From an uncultured Rhodobacteraceae bacterium (GTDB taxonomy: Bacteria > Pseudomonadota > Alphaproteobacteria > Rhodobacterales > Rhodobacteraceae), in assembly GCA_937146765.1 (NCBI GenBank), contig CAKZRP010000068.1, positions 4,530 through 68,529 on the forward strand: 64,000 nucleotides of DNA, given 5' to 3'. Every line of letters starts with the position of its first letter. The stretch's first letter is position 1. This document shows positions 9,438 through 18,490 of the stretch, piece after piece. The position numbers and the translations under genes were made by a program. The notes beneath the pieces are model-generated. The model was given only the letters and a program-made list of their open reading frames with translations, was not told the DNA's origin and made no database searches.

Positions 9438-10559
9438 ATGCGCGCCGAGATCCAGAACATCGTGGCCGAGATCGAAAAATCGCTCGACCTTCTTGCCCAG
9501 CGGATGAATTGGGAAACGGCGGAATTCCGGCTGGAAGAGTTCAATGCTCGGGTCGAGGATCCCAACCTCTGGGACGATCCGGCGGCGGCGCAGAAGCTGA
9601 TGCGCGAGCGTCAGATGCTGGTGGATGCCATCGACACCTACAAGTCGATCAAGCAGGAGCTGGTCGACAATATCGAGCTGATCGAGCTTGGCGAGATGGA
9701 AGAGGACTCAGAAGTCGTGGGGGAGGCGGAAAGTGCCCTCAAGGCCCTGCGCGACAAGGCCGCCCAGAAGGAACTGGAAGCGCTCCTGGATGGTGAGACC
9801 GACCCCAACGATGCCTTCCTCGAGATCAAGGCAGGCGCCGGCGGCACCGAGGCCTGCGACTGGGCCTCGATGCTGGCGCGGATGTATGTCCGTTGGGCTG
9901 AAAGCCGCGGCTATGAGGTCGACCTGCAGGAAGAGCAGGCCGGCGCCGAGGCCGGCATCAAATCGGTGACCTATCAGATCAAGGGGCACAACGCCTATGG
10001 CTGGCTGAAGTCCGAAAGCGGCACCCACCGTTTGGTGCGGATTTCGCCCTTCGGCAAGGGCACCCGCGAGACGTCTTTTGCGGCGGTGGGCGCCTATCCT
10101 GTGATCGACGACAATATCGAGGTGGTGGTGAACCCCGCCGAGATCCGCATCGACACCTATCGGTCGTCGGGCGCGGGCGGTCAGCACGTGAACACCACCG
10201 ACTCGGCGGTGCGGATCACCCATATCCCCACCGGCATCGTGGTGACCTCCTCGGAGAAATCGCAGCACCAGAACCGCGACATCGCGATGAAGGCGCTGAA
10301 ATCGCGCCTCTACCAGATGGAGCTCGACCGCCGCAACGCCGAGGTCAACGCGCTGCACGAGGCCAAGGGCGACGCAGGCTGGGGCAACCAGATCCGCTCC
10401 TATGTGATGCAGCCCTACCAGATGGTAAAGGACCTGCGCACCCAATACGAGACCGCCGACACCAAGGGCGTGCTGGATGGTGACCTTGACGGGTTCATGG
10501 CCGCAACGCTGGCGATGAAAGTGGCGGGCAAGTCCCGCGCCGACGCCCAGGGCGAGTAA
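9438..10559 (+). CDS. prfB: Peptide chain release factor 2, single uninterrupted frame
   Basis: SPF tripeptide (RISPFGKG), GGQ motif (SGAGGQHVNTTDSAV), and SD aaggaaag upstream of the ATG at 9438. Confidence 0.95.
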   Translation: MRAEIQNIVAEIEKSLDLLAQRMNWETAEFRLEEFNARVEDPNLWDDPAAAQKLMRERQMLVDAIDTYKSIKQELVDNIELIELGEMEEDSEVVGEAESALKALRDKAAQKELEALLDGETDPNDAFLEIKAGAGGTEACDWASMLARMYVRWAESRGYEVDLQEEQAGAEAGIKSVTYQIKGHNAYGWLKSESGTHRLVRISPFGKGTRETSFAAVGAYPVIDDNIEVVVNPAEIRIDTYRSSGAGGQHVNTTDSAVRITHIPTGIVVTSSEKSQHQNRDIAMKALKSRLYQMELDRRNAEVNALHEAKGDAGWGNQIRSYVMQPYQMVKDLRTQYETADTKGVLDGDLDGFMAATLAMKVAGKSRADAQGE

Positions 10560-10787
10560 GACCCTCTTGCAAGCTGGTCTGCCTCCCGCAGGGGGCGCGC
10601 CGAGGGCGGGGGCACTCCCGCCCCCGCAGCGGGCATCAAGGATGCCCTCGCGGCCTTGGGCCCGGCAGCCGCCCCTGCCGGGGCGGCTGGGCGCTCCCCA
10701 CACAGGTCGGCGCGAAGTTTCGGGCTTTTCAGATCGTTACCTGCGTCCTAGGCTCTGATCCGAAGATTTCGGAAAGGACGACCGCCC

Positions 10788-12164
10788 ATGACGCTCTCTG
10801 CCAGACCTGCCACCGACCTGACCTCTGACCTGCGGGCCGGGCGCCTCTCGGCGGAGGCGCTGATGGCGGCGAGCCTCGAGGTGATCGCGGCGCGCAATCC
10901 CGAATTGAACGCCATTGTCGCCCTGCGCGACAGCGATGCGCTGATGGCCGAAGCGCGGGCGGCGGATGCGGTGCCGCTCGGTGACCGAGGCGCGCTGCAC
11001 GGGCTGCCGATGGCGGTCAAGGATCTGGCCAACGCGCGCGGTCTCGTCTCGGCCCAGGGCTCGCCGATCTTTGCCGGGCAGGTCGCGCAGCAGGACGATC
11101 TCTTTGTGGCGCGGCTGCGGGCGGCGGGGGCGATCCTCATCGGCAAGACCAATACGCCCGAATTCGGCCTCGGCTCGCATACCTTCAACCCGGTCTATGG
11201 CGCCACCCGCAATGCGGTGGATCCCACCCGCTCCGCCGGGGGCTCCTCGGGCGGCTCCGCGGTGGCGCTGGCCGCGGGCATGGTGGCGCTGGCGGATGGC
11301 TCGGACATGATGGGCTCGCTGCGCAATCCGGCGGGCTGGAACGAGGTCTACGGGCTTCGCCCCACCTGGGGCTGGGTGCCGTCCGAGCCTGCGGGGGATG
11401 TCTTCCTGCACCCGCTCGCCACCAATGGCCCGATGGCGCGCAGCCCCGAGGATATCGCCCTCTTGCTCGACGTGATGTCAGGCGGTGATCCGCGTCTGCC
11501 GCTCAATCGCGGTGCCCGGGCGGTCTCGCCCCTGGCGGAGGCGAAACCGATGCGTCTTGGTTGGCTCGGCGACTGGGGCGGCGCCTATCCGATGGAGGAG
11601 GGCGTGATGGAGACCTGCGAGGCGGCGCTGGCCGCCTTCGAGGCGCTGGGGCATCGCGTCGACCACCTGCCGCCGCCCTTTCCGGCGGAGAAGATCTGGG
11701 AGTCCTGGATCACCCTGCGCTCCTTTGCGGTGGCGGCGGGGCTGCGGCCGCTGGTGGACCGGCGCGACCAGCTGAAGGACACCGCGATCTGGGAACTTGA
11801 CCGGGGGCTCGGCTTTTCCGGCGCCGAGATCCAGGCGGCGTCCGATCAGCGGTCGAACTGGATGCGGGCGGCGGCGCGGATGTTTGCCAGCTATGACGCG
11901 GTGCTGCTGCCGACCGCGCAATGCTGGCCCTTCCCGGTGGACTGGGACTATCCGCGCGAGATTGCCGGGGTGCAGATGGACACCTATCATCGCTGGATGG
12001 AAGTGGTGGTGCCCGCAAGCCTGCTGGGCCTGCCCGGGCTGGCGGTGCCTGCGGGTCGGGGCCACAACGGCCTCCCGATGGGGCTTCAGATCATCGGGGC
12101 ACATGGCCGCGACGGCGCGCTTCTCAGTCTCGGGCAAAGCTACCACCAGAGCCGCCTGAGCTGA
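10788..12164 (+). CDS. Amidase-signature family amidase
   Basis: Signature [14 protein letters not shown] and a conserved KD...Ser-cisSer-Lys context. 458 aa. Confidence 0.85.
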   Translation: MTLSARPATDLTSDLRAGRLSAEALMAASLEVIAARNPELNAIVALRDSDALMAEARAADAVPLGDRGALHGLPMAVKDLANARGLVSAQGSPIFAGQVAQQDDLFVARLRAAGAILIGKTNTPEFGLGSHTFNPVYGATRNAVDPTRSAGGSSGGSAVALAAGMVALADGSDMMGSLRNPAGWNEVYGLRPTWGWVPSEPAGDVFLHPLATNGPMARSPEDIALLLDVMSGGDPRLPLNRGARAVSPLAEAKPMRLGWLGDWGGAYPMEEGVMETCEAALAAFEALGHRVDHLPPPFPAEKIWESWITLRSFAVAAGLRPLVDRRDQLKDTAIWELDRGLGFSGAEIQAASDQRSNWMRAAARMFASYDAVLLPTAQCWPFPVDWDYPREIAGVQMDTYHRWMEVVVPASLLGLPGLAVPAGRGHNGLPMGLQIIGAHGRDGALLSLGQSYHQSRLS

Positions 12165-12195
12165 GGCGCGAGGCACCGCAGGGGAGGGCGGTCAG

Positions 12196-13002
12196 ATGGC
12201 AGAACAGATCCTGACAAAGGGCAACCCGCCCAGGGAGCGACCCCTTGGCGTTCCCGACCTGCGGCCGGTGACAGGTGCGATCCTGCGCCAGGCGCTGCGC
12301 GACGGGTGGCGGGACTATCAGGTCAAGCCGCTCTACGGGCTGATCTTTTCCGGGTTTTACGTGCTGGCGGGCTGGGTCATGGGCTGGATCACCCTCAAGA
12401 CCGAAACCAGCTACTGGCTGGTGCTCGCCGCCATCGGGTTTCCGCTGATCGGACCCTTTGCGGCCGTGGGCCTCTATGAGGTCTCGCATCGGCTGGAACA
12501 GGGGCGACGGCTGGACCCAGGCCGGATCTTCGGGGTGATCTTTGAACAGAGCCGCCGCCAGCTGCCCTCGATCTGCGCCATCATCATCGTGGTCTTCCTG
12601 TTCTGGTTCTTCCTCGGCCACATGATCTTTGCGCTCTTCCTCGGCCATATGCCGATGGTCAATGTCTCCACCTCGACAGAGGTTTTCCTGACCGCGCAGG
12701 GGCTGACCATGCTGGCGGTCGGCACTGTGGTCGGGGCAGGGTTTGCGCTGCTGATCTACATGATCACCGTGCTGGGGCTGCCGTTGCTGCTGGATCGCGA
12801 GATCGATTTCGTGACCGCAATGATCACCAGCTTCACCTATGTGCAGGCGCATCCCCTGCATATGTTCGCCTGGGCGGCGTTGGTGGCGACGCTCACCTTC
12901 CTCGCGCTCCTGCCGGGCTTTTTCGGCCTCCTGCTGGTGCTGCCCTGGCTGGGCCATTCCAGCTGGCATCTCTACCGGCTGATCCGTATCGAGGCGGGCT
13001 GA
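12196..13002 (+). CDS. DUF2189-type integral membrane protein
   Basis: Multiple TM helices and an N-terminal [12 protein letters not shown] segment like DUF2189 proteins (family recalled from memory). Confidence 0.65.
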   Translation: MAEQILTKGNPPRERPLGVPDLRPVTGAILRQALRDGWRDYQVKPLYGLIFSGFYVLAGWVMGWITLKTETSYWLVLAAIGFPLIGPFAAVGLYEVSHRLEQGRRLDPGRIFGVIFEQSRRQLPSICAIIIVVFLFWFFLGHMIFALFLGHMPMVNVSTSTEVFLTAQGLTMLAVGTVVGAGFALLIYMITVLGLPLLLDREIDFVTAMITSFTYVQAHPLHMFAWAALVATLTFLALLPGFFGLLLVLPWLGHSSWHLYRLIRIEAG

Positions 13003-13011
13003 ACCGCCCCC

Positions 13012-13812
13012 TCAGCGAAAGGGCGTGCCGAGCTGCAGCAACCGCTTGTGGAAAGGGATGATGTCGGGCGCATCGGTGAAGCCCTTGCCCCGCGCGGCGG
13101 CAATCGCCTTTTTTACATCGTTGCCGAGATACTCATAGACCATGCGCAGCACCCGCTCGCCGCTTTCGCTTTCGCGGATGGTGCGGGCGACATAGCCGGT
13201 CCAGAGGCTGTTTTCCGCCGCCGAGACCCGCGCAAGGTAATTGAAGGAATAGGTCAGCGTATTGCGGCGGCTGAGCACAAAGGCCACGCCATCCTCGTGA
13301 CAGGTCATATAGCCACGGTATTCCCGCGTCGGCCCGGAGGTGGAGAGCCCCTGAAACCGCATGCCGGCGCGTGGCTCATATCCTTTGACATAGGTGATCC
13401 CGTCCTGCCGGTGCACCCAGACAACGCCGACCACAAAACTGTCCTCGCTGATGAAGCTGCGGCGGGTGAACCGGTAAAAGCCGCTGGGAAAGACATCTTC
13501 GGTCACCCGGGTGATGCCGGTGTCGAAGAAATCCTTCAGATAGGGGCTATGCACCACATTGCCCTGCTGCCGTTCCAGCGTTTGCACCGGATCAAGCAGA
13601 ATGCGGGCATCAACACCAAAGAAACTGCAAATCCGGTCGAGCACATCGGGGCGGGGAAAACTCTCGCCCGAAAGATAGCGGTTGAATTGAGTCCGATTGA
13701 TCCCGAGCCGCCGCGACAATTCCGAAATCGAAGGGTAGTTGCGCGACAGGACGCGCAGATTATCCCCGAATACGGTCCTCAGTTCGGCGGGAGATCGACT
13801 GTGTTTCAACAT
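13012..13812 (-). CDS. XRE-family helix-turn-helix transcriptional regulator with an uncharacterised ~190-aa C-terminal domain
   Basis: N-terminal HTH (FGDNLRVLSRNYPSISELSRRLGINRTQFNRYLSGESFP). I do not recognise the C-terminal domain. The gene is visibly less GC-rich than its neighbours. Confidence 0.75.
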   Translation of the reverse strand: MLKHSRSPAELRTVFGDNLRVLSRNYPSISELSRRLGINRTQFNRYLSGESFPRPDVLDRICSFFGVDARILLDPVQTLERQQGNVVHSPYLKDFFDTGITRVTEDVFPSGFYRFTRRSFISEDSFVVGVVWVHRQDGITYVKGYEPRAGMRFQGLSTSGPTREYRGYMTCHEDGVAFVLSRRNTLTYSFNYLARVSAAENSLWTGYVARTIRESESGERVLRMVYEYLGNDVKKAIAAARGKGFTDAPDIIPFHKRLLQLGTPFR

Positions 13813-13877
13813 GTTTGTTCCACACCTGGAGAAGTACTGATCCTATAATGCATCACAAGCTGACGCAGAATGGCGAC

Positions 13878-13930
13878 AATTGCAATCTGAATGACGCTGG
13901 ACAGTATCAATGCAGACACAAATTGCAATT
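13878..13930. promoter_or_regulatory. Two palindromic operator-like sites in the divergent AT-rich promoter region
   Basis: AATTGCAATc at 13878-13887 and the perfect palindrome AATTGCAATT at 13921-13930, between divergent genes 13812(-) and 14006(+). The same 10-mer occurs at 51714-51723. Confidence 0.4.
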
Positions 13931-14005
13931 GCCTATTCAAGAGTTTGGGATGTTTGAAACGCGGCTTTTGACGCACAATGGAGGCGGGCAATAAAGAGGT
14001 CCGCT

Positions 14006-14428
14006 ATGATCGGGGTTGTCGTATGGGCCGATACCGCTCGCAACAAGGCGGTTATCTGGTGTGAAGATCAAAGAGATTTGGCCTATTATCTGCCATCGGC
14101 AGAAGCGCAGGCCGGGACCGCTCCTGGGAGGGGCGATCTTGTGGAATTCGACGCGCGCTACAAGGGGACGTTGCGCATCGCAGAGAATGTGACGGTTGTT
14201 GAAGCCAACAGCCGCACCGGTCTCGGGGATGCGTTGCGCGGCGGCTCGACCTGGGCAAGGCGCAGCAATATCCATCGAGGGGCGCAGGTGACGAGCCTCA
14301 GCATTCCGGACCGGGTCGAACAAGACCGCAACGCCGAGCGACCGGGCGATCGCCCTGCCGCGCGGCGGGATCGGGATGCCAAGGAAAGCGCCAAGATCCT
14401 GCCTTTCCCGGAGCTGATGCGCGCCTGA
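14006..14428 (+). CDS. Hypothetical protein: ~70-aa N-terminal folded domain plus Arg/Asp-rich tail
   Basis: ATG preceded by SD aagagg at about 7 nt. The N-terminus MIGVVVWADTARNKAVIWCEDQRDLAYY...GDLVEFDARYKG looks like a small beta domain. No family recognised. Confidence 0.5.
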   Translation: MIGVVVWADTARNKAVIWCEDQRDLAYYLPSAEAQAGTAPGRGDLVEFDARYKGTLRIAENVTVVEANSRTGLGDALRGGSTWARRSNIHRGAQVTSLSIPDRVEQDRNAERPGDRPAARRDRDAKESAKILPFPELMRA

Positions 14429-14448
14429 GCCGGAGGCGTGGCAGAGCA

Positions 14449-14466
14449 GGGGACCAAGCGGTCCCC
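14449..14466 (+). terminator. Possible terminator hairpin after the 140-aa ORF
   Basis: 7-bp stem GGGGACC / GGTCCCC with a 4-nt loop, 20 nt after the stop. The U-tail is weak (agcttt). Confidence 0.35.
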
Positions 14467-14781
14467 AGCTTTGGGCCGGTGAACTTCCAGGAGCTGTGGT
14501 TCCTCAGCCGAAGATGGATTGATGCGCCCCCGGTGGGCCGTCATCGGGCGGTGCAGGACTTTGTCACCGCCCTGCCTGAGCGCGGCGTGTTATCGGCATG
14601 AGAGTCCCGTCAGGTGGCTCAATCCGGCACGCCCGGCCTGTTGCGCCGTTTCGAGACCGTGGCCGTGCCATATGGCATTGTTCGTCGTCCGGAACTGTCC
14701 GTCGGCAATTCTCGTAGGATGGGCGGGGAGACATCTTCGTCACCCCCTGCCATGCGATCGCTGTGACCAATTCTATGCAGC

Positions 14782-14812
14782 AAAAAGGCGCCTCTTTCGG
14801 GAGGCGCCTTTT
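14782..14812 (-). terminator. Intrinsic terminator of ilvIH (bidirectional shape)
   Basis: 8-bp stem GGCGCCTC / GAGGCGCC flanked by an A-run and a T-run. It lies about 25 nt downstream of the ilvH stop on the minus strand. Confidence 0.7.
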
Positions 14813-14834
14813 CCTTGGGATCAGCAGGGCGCGA

Positions 14835-15395
14835 TCACTCGCCGCGCAGCAGGGCCGCGACGCCGGTGCGGGCGATCTTGGTCAGGCCAAGCGGGCGCAT
14901 CAGATCGGCAAAGGCATCAATCTTGTCCGGGGTGCCGGTGATCTCGAAGATGAAGCTGTGCAGCGTGGTATCCACCACCTTGGCGCGGAAGATCTCCGCC
15001 AGCCGCATCGCCTCCACCCGCTTGTCGCCCTGACCAACCACCTTCACGATGGCCAGTTCGCGCTCCACAAAGGGGCCTGCGACGGTGAGGTCGGTGACCT
15101 CATGCACGGGCACGATGCGCCCCAGCTGCGCCTTGATCTGCTCGATCACCTGCGGCGTGCCGGTGGTGACCACGGTGATGCGGCTGAGGTGACCGGTATG
15201 GTCGACCTCGGCCACGGTGAGGCTGTCGATGTTGTAGCCACGGCCCGAAAACAGACCGATGACGCGCGCCAGCACGCCCGGCTCGTTCTCGACCAGAACG
15301 GTGATGGTGTGACGCTCCTGCACGTCGGAGAAATTCGGACGCAGGTTATAGGCGGAGTGCTTGGTGGCACCTTTTTTGATGTGTAGGGCAGACAT
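14835..15395 (-). CDS. ilvH: Acetolactate synthase small (regulatory) subunit
   Basis: ACT-domain sequence HTITVLVENEPGVLARVIGLFSGRGYNIDSLTV. It sits directly downstream of the large subunit. The start is taken at the internal Met with an SD. Confidence 0.9.
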   Translation of the reverse strand: MSALHIKKGATKHSAYNLRPNFSDVQERHTITVLVENEPGVLARVIGLFSGRGYNIDSLTVAEVDHTGHLSRITVVTTGTPQVIEQIKAQLGRIVPVHEVTDLTVAGPFVERELAIVKVVGQGDKRVEAMRLAEIFRAKVVDTTLHSFIFEITGTPDKIDAFADLMRPLGLTKIARTGVAALLRGE

Positions 15396-15463
15396 GTCAG
15401 TCCCTTTCCTCGAACTATCGGGGCGAGGCGCGCGGGGGCGCCTCGCAAGCAAACCTCAGATGA

Positions 15464-17215
15464 TCAGACCAGAACCGCGCCGCCGGACTGGATCACGCCC
15501 TGCGTTTCGGCATTGCCGAGCAGCATCTCGTTATGGGCCTTGCCGGAGGGGATCATCGGGAAGCAGTTCTCGTGTTTCTCCACCAGGCAGTCGAAGATCA
15601 CCGGCCCGTCATAGTCGAGCATCTCCATGATCGCATCGTCGAGATCCTTGGGATCCGAGCAGCGGATGCCCTTGCCGCCAAAGGCCTCGGCGAGCTTCAC
15701 AAAATCGGGCAGCGCCTCGGACCAGCTCTGCGAATAGCGCTCGCCGTGCAACAGCTCCTGCCACTGGCGCACCATGCCGAGGCGTTCGTTGTTGAGGATG
15801 AACTGTTTCACCGGCAGGCGATACTGGGTCGCGGTGCCCATTTCCTGCATGTTCATCAGCCAGGAGGCCTCGCCGGCGACGTTGATCACCAGGGCCTCCG
15901 GATGCGCCACCTGCACGCCGATGGAGGCGGGCACGCCATAACCCATGGTGCCAAGCCCGCCGGAGGTCATCCAGCGGTTCGGATCCTCAAAGCCCAAGAA
16001 CTGCGCCGCCCACATCTGGTGTTGGCCCACCTCGGTGGTGATATAGCGGTTGTGGCCCTTGGTCAGCGCCTCCAGCCGTTCCAGCGCGTATTGCGGTTTG
16101 ATGACGGTCTCGGAGGGGGTGTAGGTGAGGCATTTCACGCTGCGCCATTCCGTGATCTTGCCCTGCCACTTGGCCAGCGCCTCGCGGTCGGTCTTGCGGC
16201 CCCGGCTCTTCCAGACCTTGAGGATATCCTCAAGCACATGGCCGACATCGCCGACGATGGGAATGTCGACCCGGATCACCTTGTTGATCGAGGAGGGGTC
16301 GATGTCGATATGGGCCTTCAGCGATTTCGGGCTGAAGGCGTCGATGCGGCCGGTGATGCGGTCGTCGAACCGCGCGCCGACATTGATCAGAAGATCGCAG
16401 TCGTGCATGGCCATATTGGCCTCGTAAAGACCGTGCATGCCGAGCATCCCCAGCCACTGCGGACCGGAGGCCGGATAGGCGCCGAGCCCCATCAGGGTCG
16501 AGGTGATCGGAAAGCCGGTGGCCTCCACCAGCTCGCGCAGGAGCTGGCTTGCGGCGGGGCCGGAGTTGATCACGCCGCCGCCGGTATAGAACACCGGACG
16601 TTTGGCGGTCTCGATGGCGGCGACCAGCTCGGTGATCTCCTCCATGTCGCCCTTGAGCCGCGGCTGGTAATGCGAGGCGGAGGGTTTCGGCGGCTGATAG
16701 GTGCCGGTGGCGAATTGAACGTCCTTGGGGATATCCACCAGCACCGGACCGGGACGGCCGGAGGTGGCGACATGGAAGGCCTCGTGAATGGTGGCGGACA
16801 GCTTTTCCGTATCCTTCACCAGCCAGTTGTGCTTGGTGCAGGGGCGGGTGATGCCCACGGTGTCGGCCTCCTGGAAGGCGTCCGAGCCGATCATGAAGGT
16901 GGGCACCTGGCCGGTGAGCACGATGATAGGGATCGAGTCCAAAAGTGCGTCGGTGAGGCCGGTCACCGCATTGGTGGCCCCCGGACCGGAGGTCACCAGC
17001 ACCACGCCGGGCTTGCCGGTGGAGCGGGCATAGCCCTCGGCGGCATGGACCGCGCCCTGTTCGTGACGGACCAGGATGTGGCGAATGTCATTCTGCAGGA
17101 AGATTTCATCGTAAATCGGCAGGACGGCCCCCCCGGGGTAGCCGAATACCGTGTCCACACCCTGGTCCTTGAGGGCTTGGATCACCATTTTTGCGCCGGT
17201 CATTTCACGTGTCAT
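15464..17215 (-). CDS. ilvI: Acetolactate synthase large (catalytic) subunit, ThDP-dependent
   Basis: 583 aa with typical AHAS motifs: GYPGGAVLPIYD, TSGPGATN, GGLGTMGYGVPA, and a ThDP-binding region. Confidence 0.95.
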   Translation of the reverse strand: MTREMTGAKMVIQALKDQGVDTVFGYPGGAVLPIYDEIFLQNDIRHILVRHEQGAVHAAEGYARSTGKPGVVLVTSGPGATNAVTGLTDALLDSIPIIVLTGQVPTFMIGSDAFQEADTVGITRPCTKHNWLVKDTEKLSATIHEAFHVATSGRPGPVLVDIPKDVQFATGTYQPPKPSASHYQPRLKGDMEEITELVAAIETAKRPVFYTGGGVINSGPAASQLLRELVEATGFPITSTLMGLGAYPASGPQWLGMLGMHGLYEANMAMHDCDLLINVGARFDDRITGRIDAFSPKSLKAHIDIDPSSINKVIRVDIPIVGDVGHVLEDILKVWKSRGRKTDREALAKWQGKITEWRSVKCLTYTPSETVIKPQYALERLEALTKGHNRYITTEVGQHQMWAAQFLGFEDPNRWMTSGGLGTMGYGVPASIGVQVAHPEALVINVAGEASWLMNMQEMGTATQYRLPVKQFILNNERLGMVRQWQELLHGERYSQSWSEALPDFVKLAEAFGGKGIRCSDPKDLDDAIMEMLDYDGPVIFDCLVEKHENCFPMIPSGKAHNEMLLGNAETQGVIQSGGAVLV

Positions 17216-17292
17216 CTGCTTTGCTCCAGTTCACGACATCGTCTTTCTTTGCGTCGGTCTTCAACTCAGTCTTCAACTCAACAGGTTTCGCA

Positions 17293-17324
17293 TAAAAAAG
17301 CCCCCGATTTTGAGGATCGGAGGC
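17293..17324 (-). terminator. Candidate attenuator terminator in the ilvIH leader
   Basis: On the minus strand, GCCTCCGAT-cctcaaa-ATCGGGGGC (9-bp stem including one G-U) is followed by TTTTTT. It lies about 78 nt upstream of the ilvI start and 25 nt downstream of the leader ORF stop. Confidence 0.6.
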
Positions 17325-17349
17325 GCATGGGGACGATTATGGTCTACCG

Positions 17350-17397
17350 TTACCGGCCCATGCGCGTGTGTCCTACAATTACGACTAGCCGTGCCAT
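17350..17397 (-). CDS. Candidate ilvIH leader peptide MARLVVIVGHTRMGR
   Basis: 15-codon ORF with SD aaggag upstream and a run of five consecutive Leu/Val/Ile codons (CTA GTC GTA ATT GTA). It is too short for the ORF track and was translated by hand. Confidence 0.5.
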   Translation of the reverse strand: MARLVVIVGHTRMGR

Positions 17398-17653
17398 CGA
17401 CGGGGTCTCCTTCATGCGTTGGGCCGGACATTATGGGCGGGCGCGGGGAGGGTCAACCGCAAAAATGCCTGTTTCTGGCGGGTGGGTGGAGTTTTATTTC
17501 TTCCTGGGGTCAGTTTGGGACATTTTTGAGAATATTGGCCGTGACTTTTGTAACGCTTCGCAGGGGCCCCGGCGTGGTTCTGTGTAAAAGGGGCGCCTAC
17601 GGCGCACAGGTCATGGCATCGCGCCTTTAGCGCGCTGCCGGTTGAAGGGATTT

Positions 17654-17700
17654 GCGAGGCGCTGCCTCGCGCTCCGGGATATTTGGGAAAAGATGAAGGG
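17654..17700 (+). repeat. Hairpin plus dispersed 27-nt motif; second copy of the element at 1971-2022
   Basis: GCGAGGC-gct-GCCTCGC hairpin followed by ccgggatatttgggaaaagatgaaggg. This has 26/27 identity to the reverse complement of 1971-1997, which is also hairpin-adjacent. Confidence 0.8.
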
Positions 17701-17811
17701 GCGGCGCGCGCTGCGCCGGGGCGTCAGCCTCGGCGCCGGGCCCAACGGGAGCGGATCGGGTCTCCCGATCCTTGCGACGGGCGGGAGGACCCCCGTCCTT
17801 GGCGCGCAGTC

Positions 17812-18465
17812 TCAGATGCCGCGACCGGTGCCTTGCAGAACGCCATGTTCCAGCGCGTAGCGGGTGAGGCCCGCAGTGGAGGAAATGCCGAGCTTGCGTT
17901 TGATGTTCTTGCGGTGGGTTTCCACCGTGCGCACGGAAATGTCGAGGGCGAGGGCGACTTCCTTGTTGGATTTGCCTTGGGCCAGTTCCAGGAGGATGGT
18001 CTGCTCGCGCCCGGTGAGCGCCTCGCGGGTCTCGCCGTCCTTTTGCGGCGACAGCGACAGGGCCGCCCCGGTGCAGAGGTAGCGTTCGCCGCGCATCACC
18101 GCGTCGATGGCGGTCTTGATCTCCTCGGGCTGCACGTCCTTCAGCACATAGCCCACCGCGCCATGGCTGAGGGCGGTGGAGATATATTCCGGGCTGTCAT
18201 GCATCGACAGGATCAGGATGCGGATGTCGGGGTGGCGTTCGAGGATGATCTCGGTGGCGCTAAGGCCGCCCACGTCCGGCATGTTGAGATCCATCAGGAT
18301 CACATCCGGCGCCAGCACCCCGGCCGCGCCGATGGCATCGCGGCCGCCGGAGACCGCGCCGACCACTTCGATGTCGGAGTAGCTCTCCAGGATGGACTGG
18401 ATGCCCTCGGCCACCATCGGGTGATCGTCGACGATCAGCACGCGGGTAATCTGGTCCATGCTCAT
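17812..18465 (-). CDS. NarL/FixJ-family response regulator (REC + LuxR-type HTH)
   Basis: REC domain (RVLIVDDHPMV...DVILMDLNMP) and a C-terminal LuxR HTH (LTGREQTILLELAQGKSNKEVALALDISVRTVETHRKNI). It starts 26 nt after the kinase stop. Confidence 0.85.
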   Translation of the reverse strand: MSMDQITRVLIVDDHPMVAEGIQSILESYSDIEVVGAVSGGRDAIGAAGVLAPDVILMDLNMPDVGGLSATEIILERHPDIRILILSMHDSPEYISTALSHGAVGYVLKDVQPEEIKTAIDAVMRGERYLCTGAALSLSPQKDGETREALTGREQTILLELAQGKSNKEVALALDISVRTVETHRKNIKRKLGISSTAGLTRYALEHGVLQGTGRGI

Positions 18466-18490
18466 GTTTCCCCGATCCGGTCGGCCTGCC

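Noticed and set aside
14470-14780. ORFs 14519-14941 (+), 14564-14770 (-) and 14158-14544 (-) in the gap before the ilvH terminator
   Set aside because: The predicted products are Cys/Arg/Pro-rich, the ORFs overlap the ilvH terminator or the neighbouring gene, and there is no SD. The region is left unannotated and could be a decayed fragment.
15533-17587. 684-aa plus-strand ORF
   Set aside because: It is antisense to ilvI and runs through the ilv leader region. It is a shadow ORF.
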